DNA of 64,000 nt, taken from contig NC_042999.1 of the NCBI RefSeq assembly GCF_006345805.1, forward strand, positions 69,068,001 to 69,132,000. Direction: 5' to 3'. Both the position numbers and the translations under genes were made by a program. Origin of the DNA: Octopus sinensis (taxonomy: Eukaryota). Under the pieces are notes generated by a model that was not told the DNA's origin, searched no databases, and saw only the letters and a list, made by a program, of their open reading frames with translations. Every line of letters starts with the position of its first letter. The first letter of the stretch is position 1. Below are positions 63,140-64,000 of this stretch, piece by piece.

Positions 63140-64000
63140 GTCGCCGGCAACAGTATACACCTCACCTCGATGCTCCTACTGAACATCAGAGGACTGCTAA
63201 CACTCAGTAATAGGACAAAAATCCCGTTCTTGAGAGACTTTGTTGCATGCAATCAAGCCTTATGCATAGCACTTACGGAAACACACCTGAAACCGGACAT
63301 AGCAGATGCGGAAATACACATACCACAGTATGTTGTACTACGGACCGACAGAAAAGAAAGGAGTCATGGAGGAGTTGCTATGTACATCCGTGAGGACCTC
63401 ACAACCCAGGTCCTTTTGTCATACTCAAATTCGGTGTGTGACACACTAATTGTACATATACGGCAACTTGGTGTAGTTATATGTGCTACATATCGCCCTC
63501 CAGATGCCCCAAGCCATGTAGGCAAGTTTAAAGACTGCCTTATAAAAATAGAAGTTCTAGTCACATTAGAACAACACATAAGTGTACTTCTTATGGGAGA
63601 CTTCAATCTACCCAATGTCAGATGGCCCGAGGGCCTTTCTCTCCCAGGAATGACACGATGTGAACGAGGACAGGGAGGTCCCTCCTGAACCTCATCAACA
63701 CTCTGTACATGGAGCAAGTAATACTCCAACCAACCAGGGCAGGTAACATACTGGATCTCTGCTTCACAAATAATATGGATCTCATCCATAATGTGAAAGT
63801 GACGCCGACACTACTCTCGGATCACAACATGGTAGAGCTGACCATGTACGGGCCAAAGGAAAACATGGACATGCAGCCTACAAGAAACTCTCAGAATCTT
63901 TCCAGCTTGAACTTCCATAAGGCAAACTGGAAACAAATTGAGAAAGAGATCCTCAAACAAAACTGGCCTGAATGTCTATCCTCGCCAGACATCGACATGA
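63140..64000 (+). mobile_element. CR1-clade LINE, AP-endonuclease region (continues beyond the window); frameshift near 63680
   Basis: LLLNIRGL, IALTETHL, LRTDR...GGVAMYI, YRPP, MGDFNLP, then in another frame QPTRAGNILDLCFTN...LSDHNMV...FHKANW. Confidence 0.9.

Overview
Repeat-saturated, AT-rich animal DNA. The SINE families and the density of (TA)n/(CA)n/(GATA)n/(GAT)n microsatellites look like an octopod cephalopod; this is an inference from repeat content only. No host protein-coding gene is supportable, and nearly all listed ORFs are microsatellite or SINE translation artefacts. Real coding remnants are all from transposons: a young 5'-truncated Penelope-like element (PLE; RT + GIY-YIG, one frameshift) at ~10134-12497, a second GIY-YIG fragment, RTE and CR1-type LINE pieces, Tc1/mariner relics, a hAT dimerisation-domain relic, piggyBac-type TTAA MITEs with the 5' end of a probable parent, and a non-autonomous Helitron. 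The most striking signal is non-coding. Nine loci carry type I hammerhead ribozyme folds (stem I - CUGAnGA - stem II - GAAA - mostly palindromic stem III - NUH): the PLE 3' end plus eight short (300-600 bp) modules from about seven families, all lodged in or beside (TA)n tracts. Several are mirrored in inverted repeats, one is a 352-bp terminally redundant retrozyme-like monomer, and two show compensatory covariation. Together they suggest a diverse, (TA)n-associated ribozyme/retrozyme system mobilised by PLE enzymes. All folds were derived by eye and activity is untested.
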